DNA from: Candidatus Krumholzibacteriota bacterium
GTDB lineage: Bacteria; Krumholzibacteriota; Krumholzibacteriia; Krumholzibacteriales; WJIX01
Length of the DNA stretch: 64,000 bases
NCBI GenBank assembly: GCA_034520215.1
Contig: JAXHNR010000002.1
Coordinates: 344,642-408,641, forward strand
Direction of reading: 5' to 3'
Below, piece by piece: positions 20,842-30,774 of the stretch (positions within the stretch are counted from its first letter, which is position 1; each line of letters starts with the position of its first letter). Position numbers and translations under genes: made by a program. Under the pieces are notes generated by a model that was not told where the DNA came from, ran no database searches, and worked only from the letters and a program-made list of their open reading frames with translations.

Positions 20842-21620
20842 ACAATCGACTGAAACAAATTGGTGTTGATCGCTTTATTAGGTTAAAATGGCTTGAACGT
20901 ACATCTGATTTGCTGCTAGCCGGTAACTATGAGAATATAATCAAGAATGAACTTGAGCAATTACTAACAATTGATTTCCCTTCTTCGTCGGCGAGTAAAA
21001 GGGGTACAATTTCTAAGACAATCACAATCTTGTTAAAGACATGGGTCCGCGTACCTCGAGATATTTATTCTTTGAGAGACACTGGCCTCGAACTACTTCA
21101 ATCGGCGAAAAAAAATGACCGTTTAGCAATCCACTGGGGAATGATTATGGCTGCCTACCCTTTCTGGGGGGTTGTTGCCGGACAAACCGGGCGCTTGCTT
21201 CGTCTTCAGAAGAATGTAGCTGCAAGCCAAATACAGCGGCGTCTTAGGGAACAGTATGGAGAGCGAGAAACGGTTTCAAGAGCGGCGAGCCGTGTTATTC
21301 AGTCTTTTACCTATTGGCATGTTTTAAGTAACACTAAAAATAGAGGTATCTACAGTCAGGGACGCACATTTTCTATAAATGACCCTAAACTTATCTCCTG
21401 GCTTGTCGAGGTCTCCTTGCACGCACGTTCAAACGGTTCTGCTGTGATAAAGGACCTGCTTGATAGTACAATTTTTTTCCCCTTTCGATTTATACATATG
21501 TCAGCAGAGCAGTTAGTTTCCATATCATCTCGATTGGACATGATACGCCACGGACTGGATGAAAATTTAGTGATGTTGAGAGAAGAAGAACCAAACAAAG
21601 GAAGGAGAAAGAAACAATAA
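20838..21620 (+). CDS. hypothetical protein, possibly BrxA-like terminal gene of the BREX operon. Its 3' end runs into IS-derived sequence
   Basis: Position matches brxA in the type 3 gene order. The last residues (EEEPNKGRRKKQ) resemble the IstB C-terminal tail (EESNKGRRNKK), which points to an IS junction near 21580. Confidence 0.3.
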   Translation: MNNRLKQIGVDRFIRLKWLERTSDLLLAGNYENIIKNELEQLLTIDFPSSSASKRGTISKTITILLKTWVRVPRDIYSLRDTGLELLQSAKKNDRLAIHWGMIMAAYPFWGVVAGQTGRLLRLQKNVAASQIQRRLREQYGERETVSRAASRVIQSFTYWHVLSNTKNRGIYSQGRTFSINDPKLISWLVEVSLHARSNGSAVIKDLLDSTIFFPFRFIHMSAEQLVSISSRLDMIRHGLDENLVMLREEEPNKGRRKKQ

Positions 21621-21710
21621 ATTCGGTGGCAAAATAACCAGGGCTTTTTGCCTTAAAGAAACGGGAATTATAATTGTCGTTGAAAAGAAAAAATGCTTGA
21701 CGCCAGACAA

Positions 21711-21866
21711 GAATCGAACTGAAAGGAGAATCTGTGAGAAAAATGTACTAAAATCGTTGAATCAAACCTGCCACTTTGGTATGGTAACCTAGCAGGGAAT
21801 AGAAAGGGCTCAAAGGGTGGCAGTTTAAAACCGGAATGGGTGGCAACTTTCACCGGAATATACACA
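21711..21866 (+). repeat. IS21-family (type 2) right end, copy A: last 16 codons of istB plus about 110 bp terminus
   Basis: Near-identical to the reverse complement of 30222-30375 and to 56501-56602. Ends in ...caccggaatatacaca. Confidence 0.7.
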
Positions 21867-21941
21867 GGTTATTGTAGTCTAATTTAATTCTTCATTTAAT
21901 TACGTAACTGGAAATATTGACATTTTTTTAGGAATTGTATT

Positions 21942-23654
21942 TTGAAAAGTGATTGTAATATACTTGGCATTACATCTCCTATGAGTTGGGATTCGTCAGC
22001 TTGCATACTTAAGTCTGGCCAATTATTCGCTGCTGCAGAAGAAGAAAAAATTATACGTATAAAGCATGCTCCTCATCATGAACCAATTAATTCTATTGAT
22101 TTCTGCTTAAAAACATCAAATCTAAGCATGAAAGATATTGATTGTATAGCTACTGCATACATGAGTAATGAAGAGTATCTTGTCCGTAGATTTTTGTATG
22201 GTCTAAAGTATCTTTCAATAGACGATCTGTTAGCTCCATATTATTATTTTAAAAATAGTGAGCATTTCAAGAAACTTAATAGCTGGAATATTCTAAATAA
22301 GAATAAAAATAAGTTAATTAACGTTGAACATCATTTAGCACATTCATTTCACTCATTTTCTTCATCAGAATTTGAAAAGGCTTTAGTAATTTCATTAGAT
22401 GGTGAGGGCGAAACAGTATCTGGTTTGATTTCTGTTTTTTATAGAAGAGGATTTCAAATATTGCATAGAATTCCTTTGAAGTACAGTTTAGGGTCAATGT
22501 ATGAATCATTTACAGATTTTATAGGATATAGCTCGCATTATGATGAAGGCAAAGTAATGGGTCTTTCATCATATGGAACAGCAAATGATACGATTGTAAA
22601 TGATTTAGTTAAATCTGACCAGAAATGTACATTTAGAATTGCTACAAGGAAGATCAATAAATATTTAAAAAATAAGTTTGAACACTTAATTTTAAATGAA
22701 GGCTTTATTTGTGATGAATTACACAAAACATCAATGGCTAATTTTGCAGCAACAGCACAGAATATATATGAGGTAATCTTATTGTCGATGGCCGAGTATT
22801 GGATTTTAAAAACAAAAATTTCAAACGTTTGTCTTGCGGGAGGATGTTCACTAAATTGCCTTGCAAATGGTAAGTTATTGCTAAATCCACAAGTAAGCTC
22901 CGTGTTTGTGCCCCCTGGTAGTAATGACGCTGGAACTTCAATTGGAGCAGGAGTTTATGCTTATTTTTTGAACTCAGACGAAATACCATATGTTGACCAT
23001 GAATCTGCTAATGGCCACATCTATTCGGAAAATGAAATATTGCAATGCTTGAATAAACACAACCTTAAATTTTCGAAATTTAGTAACACAATCGATTTTA
23101 TAGCACGAGTACTTGCAGATGGAAAGAATGTAGGATGGTTTCAAGGAGGTATTGAGTTTGGACCTAGAGCTTTAGGCTATAGATCGATTCTATCCTCCGC
23201 TGATACTAATTCAGGAAAAGATGAGCTTAACTATATTAAGGGCAGAGAGAAGTGGAGACCATTTGGTTGCATTATACTAGAAAACAAGATTGCAGAGTAT
23301 TTCGAAATAAATACAGAAAGATTGCCAGATCTAAGATACATGAATGTTGCATTGCCCGTTCGAAAGAATAAAGCTAAACAAATCCCTGCAGTTGTGCATG
23401 TTGATAATACGAGTAGGATTCAATCTGTTACAGAATCAGAAAAAGAATTAAATAATCTATTAAAAAAGTATTATGAAATTACAGGTATTCCTTTATTGAT
23501 AAATACTTCTTTTAACACAAGAGGGGAACCTATTGTAAATACTCCAAATGAGGCCATCGTAGCATTTAAAACTCTAAATTTGGATTATTTAATCATGAAT
23601 GATATTTTGGTTTCTAGACCAAACTGTAATGTTCTTGAAAATAAAGAGGTATAG
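21942..23654 (+). CDS. carbamoyltransferase (NodU/CmcH/TobZ family)
   Basis: N-terminal ILGI...WDSSACIL...AAEEEKIIRIKH (ASKHA-like carbamoyltransferase signature). 570 aa. About 30% GC. Confidence 0.7.
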   Translation: MKSDCNILGITSPMSWDSSACILKSGQLFAAAEEEKIIRIKHAPHHEPINSIDFCLKTSNLSMKDIDCIATAYMSNEEYLVRRFLYGLKYLSIDDLLAPYYYFKNSEHFKKLNSWNILNKNKNKLINVEHHLAHSFHSFSSSEFEKALVISLDGEGETVSGLISVFYRRGFQILHRIPLKYSLGSMYESFTDFIGYSSHYDEGKVMGLSSYGTANDTIVNDLVKSDQKCTFRIATRKINKYLKNKFEHLILNEGFICDELHKTSMANFAATAQNIYEVILLSMAEYWILKTKISNVCLAGGCSLNCLANGKLLLNPQVSSVFVPPGSNDAGTSIGAGVYAYFLNSDEIPYVDHESANGHIYSENEILQCLNKHNLKFSKFSNTIDFIARVLADGKNVGWFQGGIEFGPRALGYRSILSSADTNSGKDELNYIKGREKWRPFGCIILENKIAEYFEINTERLPDLRYMNVALPVRKNKAKQIPAVVHVDNTSRIQSVTESEKELNNLLKKYYEITGIPLLINTSFNTRGEPIVNTPNEAIVAFKTLNLDYLIMNDILVSRPNCNVLENKEV

Positions 23655-23657
23655 TTA

Positions 23658-24833
23658 ATGTGTAATCTTAATTATGAGGATTACCCTTGTTTAAATACTG
23701 GAATTCTGCGCTTTGACCGACTATGGCTATTTGAAATGCTTTTTCATTACTCATCATTTGGTACTATTGATTGGTATGCTAAAGACAAGATTAATGTGCT
23801 TGATATGGGATGTGGAACATGTGAATGTGCGGTAGCTGCAGCTCTTAAGTATAAGAATGTAACGATACATTGTGTAGATGTTAGTGAAAATATATTAGAG
23901 TATGGTAAAAAATTAGCAGAAAAATATAATGTTGATAATATCAGGTTTTATGTGGGAAGTATATATACTATAAATCTCCCTATAAAATTTGATGCGGTTA
24001 TTTTAAGTGGCGTTATCCATCATTTAAAAAATCCATTAATCGGAATTAATAATATTTTAAAGCTATGTACTGATTCATGTGTTTTTGCATTTTATATATA
24101 TTCATTAAATGGACGTTTTGACGTTTTAAGGATCCAGAATGCTTTATCATTATTGTATCGAGAAAAGACTTTGTCTGAGCAAATCTCTATAGTTAGGGAT
24201 TTAATAAATGAAAATAACAAAGGATTAAGAACGGTTCTTTCCTGGAAACAAAACCATGGTGTTTTAAATGATTGCTATAGTGATAATTTTTTGGTTGATA
24301 TGTTTGCCCCAGGTTTTGAAAAACTATTTTCACTTCCTGAAGTGTTCAGATTTTTGGATAGGGCCAATTTGGATTTTGTAAGATTTGTTAACGAAACTTC
24401 TTGGGACCCAAACCTATATTTCAATAATCCTGAGCTTTTAAAGGAAATTGCTAATTTGTCGAAAAATGAAAAATATTTTCTTGTAGATAATCTTATTATG
24501 TCAGAAAATGGATATGAATTTATTGCAATAAAAAAAGGTAATAAAAGAAAATTTCATAAGAGACAACCATCAGAGTTAGGCAAAACAATAAAAAGATGTG
24601 CTTACGGAGAATTGAAATATGATCATAATAATAATGCTTATGTTAAACTCCTTTTTGATGATAGCATCATGTATATGAATCAGTTAGAAGCCACAATTTA
24701 TAAATTAGCATGTGAAGGAAGTACGATTAGAAAATGCATAATTAAGTGTAAAGTTAATAATATTTATTATGATGATGAATTTTATGAAACGTTACTTCGC
24801 TTAGAAAAGGAAGCAGTTATTGCGGTGAACTAA
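23658..24833 (+). CDS. class I SAM-dependent methyltransferase
   Basis: VLDMGCGTCECAVAAA (motif I) and AVILSGVIHH (motif II-like). Confidence 0.6.
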   Translation: MCNLNYEDYPCLNTGILRFDRLWLFEMLFHYSSFGTIDWYAKDKINVLDMGCGTCECAVAAALKYKNVTIHCVDVSENILEYGKKLAEKYNVDNIRFYVGSIYTINLPIKFDAVILSGVIHHLKNPLIGINNILKLCTDSCVFAFYIYSLNGRFDVLRIQNALSLLYREKTLSEQISIVRDLINENNKGLRTVLSWKQNHGVLNDCYSDNFLVDMFAPGFEKLFSLPEVFRFLDRANLDFVRFVNETSWDPNLYFNNPELLKEIANLSKNEKYFLVDNLIMSENGYEFIAIKKGNKRKFHKRQPSELGKTIKRCAYGELKYDHNNNAYVKLLFDDSIMYMNQLEATIYKLACEGSTIRKCIIKCKVNNIYYDDEFYETLLRLEKEAVIAVN

Positions 24834-24863
24834 GTACAAAATGGTTGTAAAATTTTAAAAAGA

Positions 24864-26120
24864 TTGAGCAGTTATCTGATGGTTAATCTTAACATTGTAA
24901 CCCCTACACATAATATTTCTTTTTTGCGCGAAACTTATGAATCTTTACTAAAGCAAACAGATAGAAAATGGAAATGGCTAATTGTTTTAAATAGTGGAGC
25001 GAAAAATCCAGAAATTCAAGATGATAGAGTCATTGTTGTTGAAGCTCCTACAGACATACCCAGAAATAATGTTGGTGCTATAAAAAATTATGCGTTTAAC
25101 CTTGTTGATGATGGAATTTCTTTGGAGTTAGATCATGATGATTTATTAACACCGAATGCTGTGAAATTGGTAAAGAAAGCTTTTGAGGATGATTGTGTTG
25201 GGATTGTGTATAGCGACTTTGCTGATTTTATTGATGAATCGTGGAGGCCACATCGTAATTCAGAGAAAAATGGTTGGTTATATCGACAAGAAGAGTTTTA
25301 TGGCAAAAAGTTTGATGTTTGTAGGGCATTTAAGTTAACAGCTCAATCAATTTCTCTCGTTTATTTTGCTCCTATCCATATTAGGGCATGGAAAACTAAA
25401 TTATATAAAGAAGTTGATGGACATAATCCTAATTTAATAGTAGCAGCTGATCATGAATTATTATGCAAGCTTTATCTTAAAGCAAAATTTAAATATATAC
25501 CAAAGTGTTTGTATTTGCACAGAGAGCATAGCAAGAACACTTATAAGCAGAATCTTGATATTATGAATGATATTACTTATTCAATATATGACGAGTATAT
25601 CGATTTATTAATTGATCGATGGTGCTCCATAAATAATTACAAAAAACTTGATATATGCTGCGGTAACTCACCGAATAAAGGGTATATCGGTATGGATATT
25701 TCTCAAGGAGATATAATTTCAGACTTAAATTGCAATTTTCCATTAAAAGACAATTCTGTAGCAGTTGTAAAAGCAACAGATGCTTTAGAACATTTAAAAG
25801 ACCCCGTGCATACTATGAATGAAATATATAGAATATTAATTCATGGAGGATGGCTAATATCTGACACTCCAAGTACGGATGGTCGAGGAGCGTTTCAAGA
25901 CCCCACACACTGTTCGTTTTGGAATTATAATTCATTTTTGTATTATACAAATAAAATGTTTTCTAAATATGTCCCTAACATTGATTGTCGTTTTCAATCT
26001 ATGCGGTTATATAATTACTTTCCAAGCGAGTATCATAAAAAATTAAATATACCATATATAAAATCACACCTAGTTGCTGTGAAAAACGGAATAAGATTAC
26101 CTGGTGAAATAAAAATTTAG
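24864..26120 (+). CDS. bifunctional family-2 glycosyltransferase / methyltransferase-like protein
   Basis: N-terminal VTPTHNISFLRETYESLLKQT (GT2). C-terminal LDICCGN...ALEHLKDPVHTMNEIYRILIHGGWL (Methyltransf_11-like). Confidence 0.55.
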   Translation: MSSYLMVNLNIVTPTHNISFLRETYESLLKQTDRKWKWLIVLNSGAKNPEIQDDRVIVVEAPTDIPRNNVGAIKNYAFNLVDDGISLELDHDDLLTPNAVKLVKKAFEDDCVGIVYSDFADFIDESWRPHRNSEKNGWLYRQEEFYGKKFDVCRAFKLTAQSISLVYFAPIHIRAWKTKLYKEVDGHNPNLIVAADHELLCKLYLKAKFKYIPKCLYLHREHSKNTYKQNLDIMNDITYSIYDEYIDLLIDRWCSINNYKKLDICCGNSPNKGYIGMDISQGDIISDLNCNFPLKDNSVAVVKATDALEHLKDPVHTMNEIYRILIHGGWLISDTPSTDGRGAFQDPTHCSFWNYNSFLYYTNKMFSKYVPNIDCRFQSMRLYNYFPSEYHKKLNIPYIKSHLVAVKNGIRLPGEIKI

Positions 26121-26121
26121 T

Positions 26122-27030
26122 ATGAATAGGAGATGCAAAATTAAAAATAAAATCATAGATTTGAAAAGTAATAAGAGAGCTATTATTTTAGCGCACTATT
26201 ATGTTTCTTCTGATGTACAAGATGTGGCTGATTTCGTAGGTGATTCTCTTGATTTGGCAATGAAAGCGAAAGATGTTGATGCTGATATAATAATAATGGC
26301 TGGCGTTAAGTTTATGGCAGAAATGGTAAAAATTCTTAATCCGACTAAAAAAGTACTTATACCAAGTTTAGATAGCTATTGTGAAATGGCTGATATGGTA
26401 GAAGCTGATTACTTAGAGGAAATTAAATCAAAAAATCCTGACGCTGCAGTTGTAGCATATGTCAATACATCAGCTGAGGTTAAAGCTATGAGTGATATAT
26501 GTTGTACATCTCGCAATGCAATTTCGATTGTAGAGTCATTAAAATCTAAAAATATTATTTTTGTACCAGATCAAAACATGGCTTCATATATTTCATTAAA
26601 TACTAATAAACATATTTCAGTGCCAAAAGGATTTTGCTATGTTCATAAAGAAGTTAGTGATTCTATAATTAATGTAAAACTAGCTAAATATCCTAAAGCT
26701 AAATTACTAGTGCACCCTGAATGCAATAGCAGTATCCAAGAACGTGCTGACTTTATAGGTTCTACAAGTGCTATGATATCATTTGTTAATAATACTAATA
26801 ATAACGAGTTTATTATAGCAACAGAAAACAATTATGTCCAATTTCTAAGCAAAATGTTTCCAAATAAGAAATTTACAGGAGCTGCACATTTGTGTAGAGG
26901 AATGAAAGAAAATAACATAGAAAACATTTTAAGTGCACTTCAAAATGTAGAACATGAAGTTATTGTTGATGATTCTATTGCTAATGATGCATTGACTTCA
27001 ATCGATAGGATGTTACAACATGAGAACTAA
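26122..27030 (+). CDS. nadA: quinolinate synthase (NadA) family protein
   Basis: AHYYVSSDVQDVADFVGDSLDLA, AGVKFMAEMVKIL, AYVNTSAEVKA, LVHPEC, IGSTSAM, ATENNY and LCRGM align with NadA signature blocks, including three candidate [4Fe-4S] Cys ligands. Confidence 0.75.
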   Translation: MNRRCKIKNKIIDLKSNKRAIILAHYYVSSDVQDVADFVGDSLDLAMKAKDVDADIIIMAGVKFMAEMVKILNPTKKVLIPSLDSYCEMADMVEADYLEEIKSKNPDAAVVAYVNTSAEVKAMSDICCTSRNAISIVESLKSKNIIFVPDQNMASYISLNTNKHISVPKGFCYVHKEVSDSIINVKLAKYPKAKLLVHPECNSSIQERADFIGSTSAMISFVNNTNNNEFIIATENNYVQFLSKMFPNKKFTGAAHLCRGMKENNIENILSALQNVEHEVIVDDSIANDALTSIDRMLQHEN

Positions 27031-28030
27031 TAGTCAAATTAATGATTTAAGATCCATGTTTTGCCCTTGCAAGATAAAGGATGAAGTAGAACTTGTAGAA
27101 ATTAACGAAGAATATGTTGAATATGATGGCTTTCAATTTATTGCAAAGCCTCTAAATGCAATTATTGAATTAACAAATAAATGCAATCTAAGATGTAAAC
27201 ATTGTTGTATTACTGAAAAAAGAAATGAAAAAGGGATTAACATCTCAATATTAAATGAACTAATAAATCTTGGCATTGAAAATTTTGAGCTCACTGGAGG
27301 AGAACCACTATTACATCCACATTTTAAGGAGATACTTCAATTATTAATTGAAAATAATTGCTATTTTCGTATCATGTCGAATGGATATTTTTGGAGTAAT
27401 GAACTCTACGAGCTATTGCAATGCTATCCCAACGTTGAAATATTCATATCAATAGACGGAAATGAAGAAATACATGACAGTATAAGAGGAAAAGGATCAT
27501 TTGTTAAAGCGATTAATACGATCCGAGAAGTTAAAATACATGATATAAAGCTGGGTATTTCAATGGCAGTTTCAAAAATTAATATAGATTGTATTGATTA
27601 TCTTTCACGATTAGTAAAAGAGCAAAACATAGATATTATAAAATTGATTCCTTTGAAGAGCAAAACATTAGACCCAGAATTTATAGACATGTACTCGTTA
27701 TCTTTTGAAGATTTCCAAAGAATTGATAGCGTAATTGAAAAAATAAACTTACCCAATAAGTTGGAATATAATGATTCACATAACTATAACTCAGACAAAA
27801 GGGTAGCTTTTTTTGGATGCAAGATGGGAGGAGCATTTTGCTCTATTGACAGTTATGGTTATCTTCAGAATTGTCCAGTAACTAGGGCTCCTGTAGGTCA
27901 AATTGATGATGGGAATTTCATTGAGTTATGGAATATCTTGCAAATAAATATTAGGAGAGAATTATATTCTAGCAAATGTTATGATTGCTATTTAAGAAAA
28001 TATTGTGCAGGCAATTGTAGCTATGCTTAG
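27020..28030 (+). CDS. radical SAM enzyme with C-terminal SPASM/twitch-type Cys cluster
   Basis: CNLRCKHCC matches CxxxCxxC. LTGGEPLL is present. C-terminal Cys residues (CPVT...CYDCYLRKYCAGNC). Confidence 0.7.
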   Translation: MRTNSQINDLRSMFCPCKIKDEVELVEINEEYVEYDGFQFIAKPLNAIIELTNKCNLRCKHCCITEKRNEKGINISILNELINLGIENFELTGGEPLLHPHFKEILQLLIENNCYFRIMSNGYFWSNELYELLQCYPNVEIFISIDGNEEIHDSIRGKGSFVKAINTIREVKIHDIKLGISMAVSKINIDCIDYLSRLVKEQNIDIIKLIPLKSKTLDPEFIDMYSLSFEDFQRIDSVIEKINLPNKLEYNDSHNYNSDKRVAFFGCKMGGAFCSIDSYGYLQNCPVTRAPVGQIDDGNFIELWNILQINIRRELYSSKCYDCYLRKYCAGNCSYA

Positions 28031-28784
28031 AGACGAATTCTATAAAAAAAATAAAATAATAGTTGTTGCTCACCCCGATGATGAAGCGATAGCTTGTGGT
28101 AACCTAATTTTAAAAACTCTGGAACAAGGTTTTTCTATTTGTGTTATAAGAGTTACTAAGGGGGCTCCTTATTATTTAAATAATAAGGAGAGGGAATTAG
28201 TTGTAAATATAAGAGAAAATGAGGCGAGTAAATTTGATAATTTATTTTATTCTTATTCTTACCACTCTGTAAATTTAAGTTTCATAGATCAGTATTTGAG
28301 TAGTAATGTCTCTCTATTGTATCATTCTTTAAAAAATATAGTAGTAAAGAATGTTATTACGAATTCAATAATAATTAGTCATCATCTTGAATTTGGACAT
28401 CCTGATCACGATCTTTTGTATTTTATTGTTAGAAAAATTTCAAAAGATCTTCGATTTAATATGTATTCATTTCCAATGTATGGTACTTACAATGGGAGAT
28501 TCTATTATGAATATTCCTATGAAAATTTAAATGATGTTGTTTTTAAACTTAATAATATTGATGTTTATCAAAAATCGCAGTTATTAAATATATTCAAATC
28601 ACAAAAAAGAATAATAGAACGGATAAATACATCTAAGGAAGTATTTATTCCAGTTGAAAAGCTAACAGGGGTCTGTTTTGATTTACCATACCCTAAAAAA
28701 TATTTAGTTTCAGAAAATATTCCTATCACACCTATCAAATTGTTGAATATCTGGATGTCTTGGGAACGGGAAAATGGTAATTAA
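28005..28784 (+). CDS. PIG-L/LmbE-family deacetylase
   Basis: IIVVAHPDDEAIACG (the AHPDDE zinc-binding motif of PIG-L N-acetylglucosaminyl deacetylases) and HPDH further downstream. Confidence 0.65.
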   Translation: MQAIVAMLRDEFYKKNKIIVVAHPDDEAIACGNLILKTLEQGFSICVIRVTKGAPYYLNNKERELVVNIRENEASKFDNLFYSYSYHSVNLSFIDQYLSSNVSLLYHSLKNIVVKNVITNSIIISHHLEFGHPDHDLLYFIVRKISKDLRFNMYSFPMYGTYNGRFYYEYSYENLNDVVFKLNNIDVYQKSQLLNIFKSQKRIIERINTSKEVFIPVEKLTGVCFDLPYPKKYLVSENIPITPIKLLNIWMSWERENGN

Positions 28785-29880
28785 AAAAATACTTTCTATT
28801 GGTTTTTTCCCACCTCGTAGAAGCGGAGCTGCAATTACTAATCATGAAATATGCAATAAGTTATCATTAAGCAATAAAGTAATTGCTCTTTCTCCGCTCT
28901 TAGAAGTGCATGCAAAAATGCCGGTAGACAAGTATTTTAAGACAAAAAAATATTCTTTAGTAAAATTAAAAAATAAATTGCCGCCTGCTTCAAAAAGGGT
29001 TTATCAAAATACAATTACAGAAATTGGGAAAAGGTTTTCACCTGAGATATTAAACTATATAAATTCATTTCAACCAGATATTGTATTTATTATGCATGAG
29101 TCAATATTATGGTATTTAGAGGGCTACTTATTAAAAATGAATGTACCTTTTTATTGCCTTTGTCATGGATCGCCTATAACTCAACTTTCAGACTATGGCA
29201 GTATTGAAAGAGATTATTTTTTAAACACATTATCTCAAATGAAAAAAGTATTTGTAATATCTAAATATTTAAGTGATTTGTTGAAATCATTCCATATACG
29301 TAGTTCACTTCCTTTTGGCGATGGATTAAACACAAATCTTTTCAATTCTTATAAAAGAAAACAAGTAAGTAGTCAAAAAAAGATTCAAATAATGCATGTA
29401 TCAAATTTTAAAGAAGGGAAACAAATAAATGAATTCTATCGACTTGCTTCAATTATGAAGGATAGAAAAAATCTAAAATTTTTAGCAATTGGTAATCCTC
29501 ATCTTAATGAAGCTGTTATTGACATAGAAAACAATGTAGTAAATATCGCATGGTTACCTTATGAACAAACCTTAGATTTTATGAATAAGGCGGACATTTT
29601 GGTTGTAACGTCGCAAAGAGAAGGTTTATCAAGAATAATTCGTGAATCACAGCTTTTAGGTAAAGTCCCTATTGCACCGGATTTAGAGGTATTTAGAGAA
29701 TCAATTGAAAATGAGGCGACTGGTTTTTTATATGATGTAGATGACGAAAGGAGCTTGAGTATTACTTTGCAGCGTATTATTGCTAAATTTGAAATGGTGA
29801 AATATCTAATTTGTGCAAAGAGAAAATACTTTTTTCAACAATATGGTATCCCTAAACTTATAAACGAAGATATTTGGTAA
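28774..29880 (+). CDS. family-4 (GT-B) glycosyltransferase
   Basis: C-terminal VVTSQREGLSRIIRESQLLGKVPIAPD...E (E-x7-E region of GT4). Confidence 0.6.
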   Translation: MVIKKILSIGFFPPRRSGAAITNHEICNKLSLSNKVIALSPLLEVHAKMPVDKYFKTKKYSLVKLKNKLPPASKRVYQNTITEIGKRFSPEILNYINSFQPDIVFIMHESILWYLEGYLLKMNVPFYCLCHGSPITQLSDYGSIERDYFLNTLSQMKKVFVISKYLSDLLKSFHIRSSLPFGDGLNTNLFNSYKRKQVSSQKKIQIMHVSNFKEGKQINEFYRLASIMKDRKNLKFLAIGNPHLNEAVIDIENNVVNIAWLPYEQTLDFMNKADILVVTSQREGLSRIIRESQLLGKVPIAPDLEVFRESIENEATGFLYDVDDERSLSITLQRIIAKFEMVKYLICAKRKYFFQQYGIPKLINEDIW

Positions 29881-30221
29881 TAAAGATTGTGCCAACAATT
29901 TTTCGTTTTATAATTTTTTAAGCATTCTTCTTTTACGGTAGCCTAAGTATATCATTCTGATTATATCAAGCCAGCTTACTTTTAACCCTACTCAAAACCT
30001 GGTTTGTAGTAGTGACCTTTCAACATTAAACTCATTCATGTGACCTTCCCCCGTTTAATAATCTACCACGCTCAAAGCTAATCTTTCTTTATTCATTCAT
30101 TTGTCTAGAAGCAAACTCACTTGGGGGCATGCTCCCAAGTGAACTGTGCGGCCTGAATGTATTGTGCTCGCACCTTCAATCCTCGATTTTTTGTCGGGTA
30201 TCAGCAAGGTTTAAGGAAAAG

Positions 30222-30375
30222 TGTGTATTCCGGTGAAAGTTGCCACTCATTCCGGTTTTAACCTGCCACCCCTGAGGTACTTTCTATTCCCTGCTGTTTA
30301 ACCATACCAAAGTGGCAGGTTTGAATCAACGATTTGAGTACATTTTTCTCACAGATTCTCCTTTCAGTTCGATTC
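30222..30375 (-). repeat. IS21-family (type 2) right end, copy B (inverted relative to copy A)
   Basis: Reverse complement matches 21711-21866. The terminus faces 30222. Confidence 0.7.
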
Positions 30376-30742
30376 TTTTAGCGCTGTGGACTACCCGGTC
30401 ACAGATAGCATCTGCGATGGTATGATCACCGATTATCTTGTGCCAGTCTTTAACTGGCAGTTGAGATACGAAGATTGATGATTTCAGGCCATGCCTGTCT
30501 TCAAGGATTTCCAGAAGGGTGAGGCGGTTGGGGGCGTCGAGGGGCTCGAGGCCGAAGTCGTCGATTATAAAGACATCAAGCTTTCTTATTTTGATCAGCT
30601 CTTTCAGATAAGTTCCATCTGCTTTTGAGAGCTTAAGATTAGCGAACAGCTTTGAGCAGGGGAAGTAGCCGACCTTGTGGCCATAGACGCATGCCTGATG
30701 CCCCAGTGCTGAATGGGCTTCCCCTGGTTTTCTAGACACCAA
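30326..30742 (-). pseudogene. istB: IS21-family IstB helper ATPase, C-terminal fragment (type 2)
   Basis: LDVFIIDDFGLEPL (Walker B region) and ...WHKIIGDHTIADAICDRVVHSAKRIELKGESVRK (IstB C-terminus). The N-terminal half with Walker A is missing. Confidence 0.7.
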
Positions 30743-30774
30743 TTAGGTTACAATATAACCTAAAGGAGGAGTCC

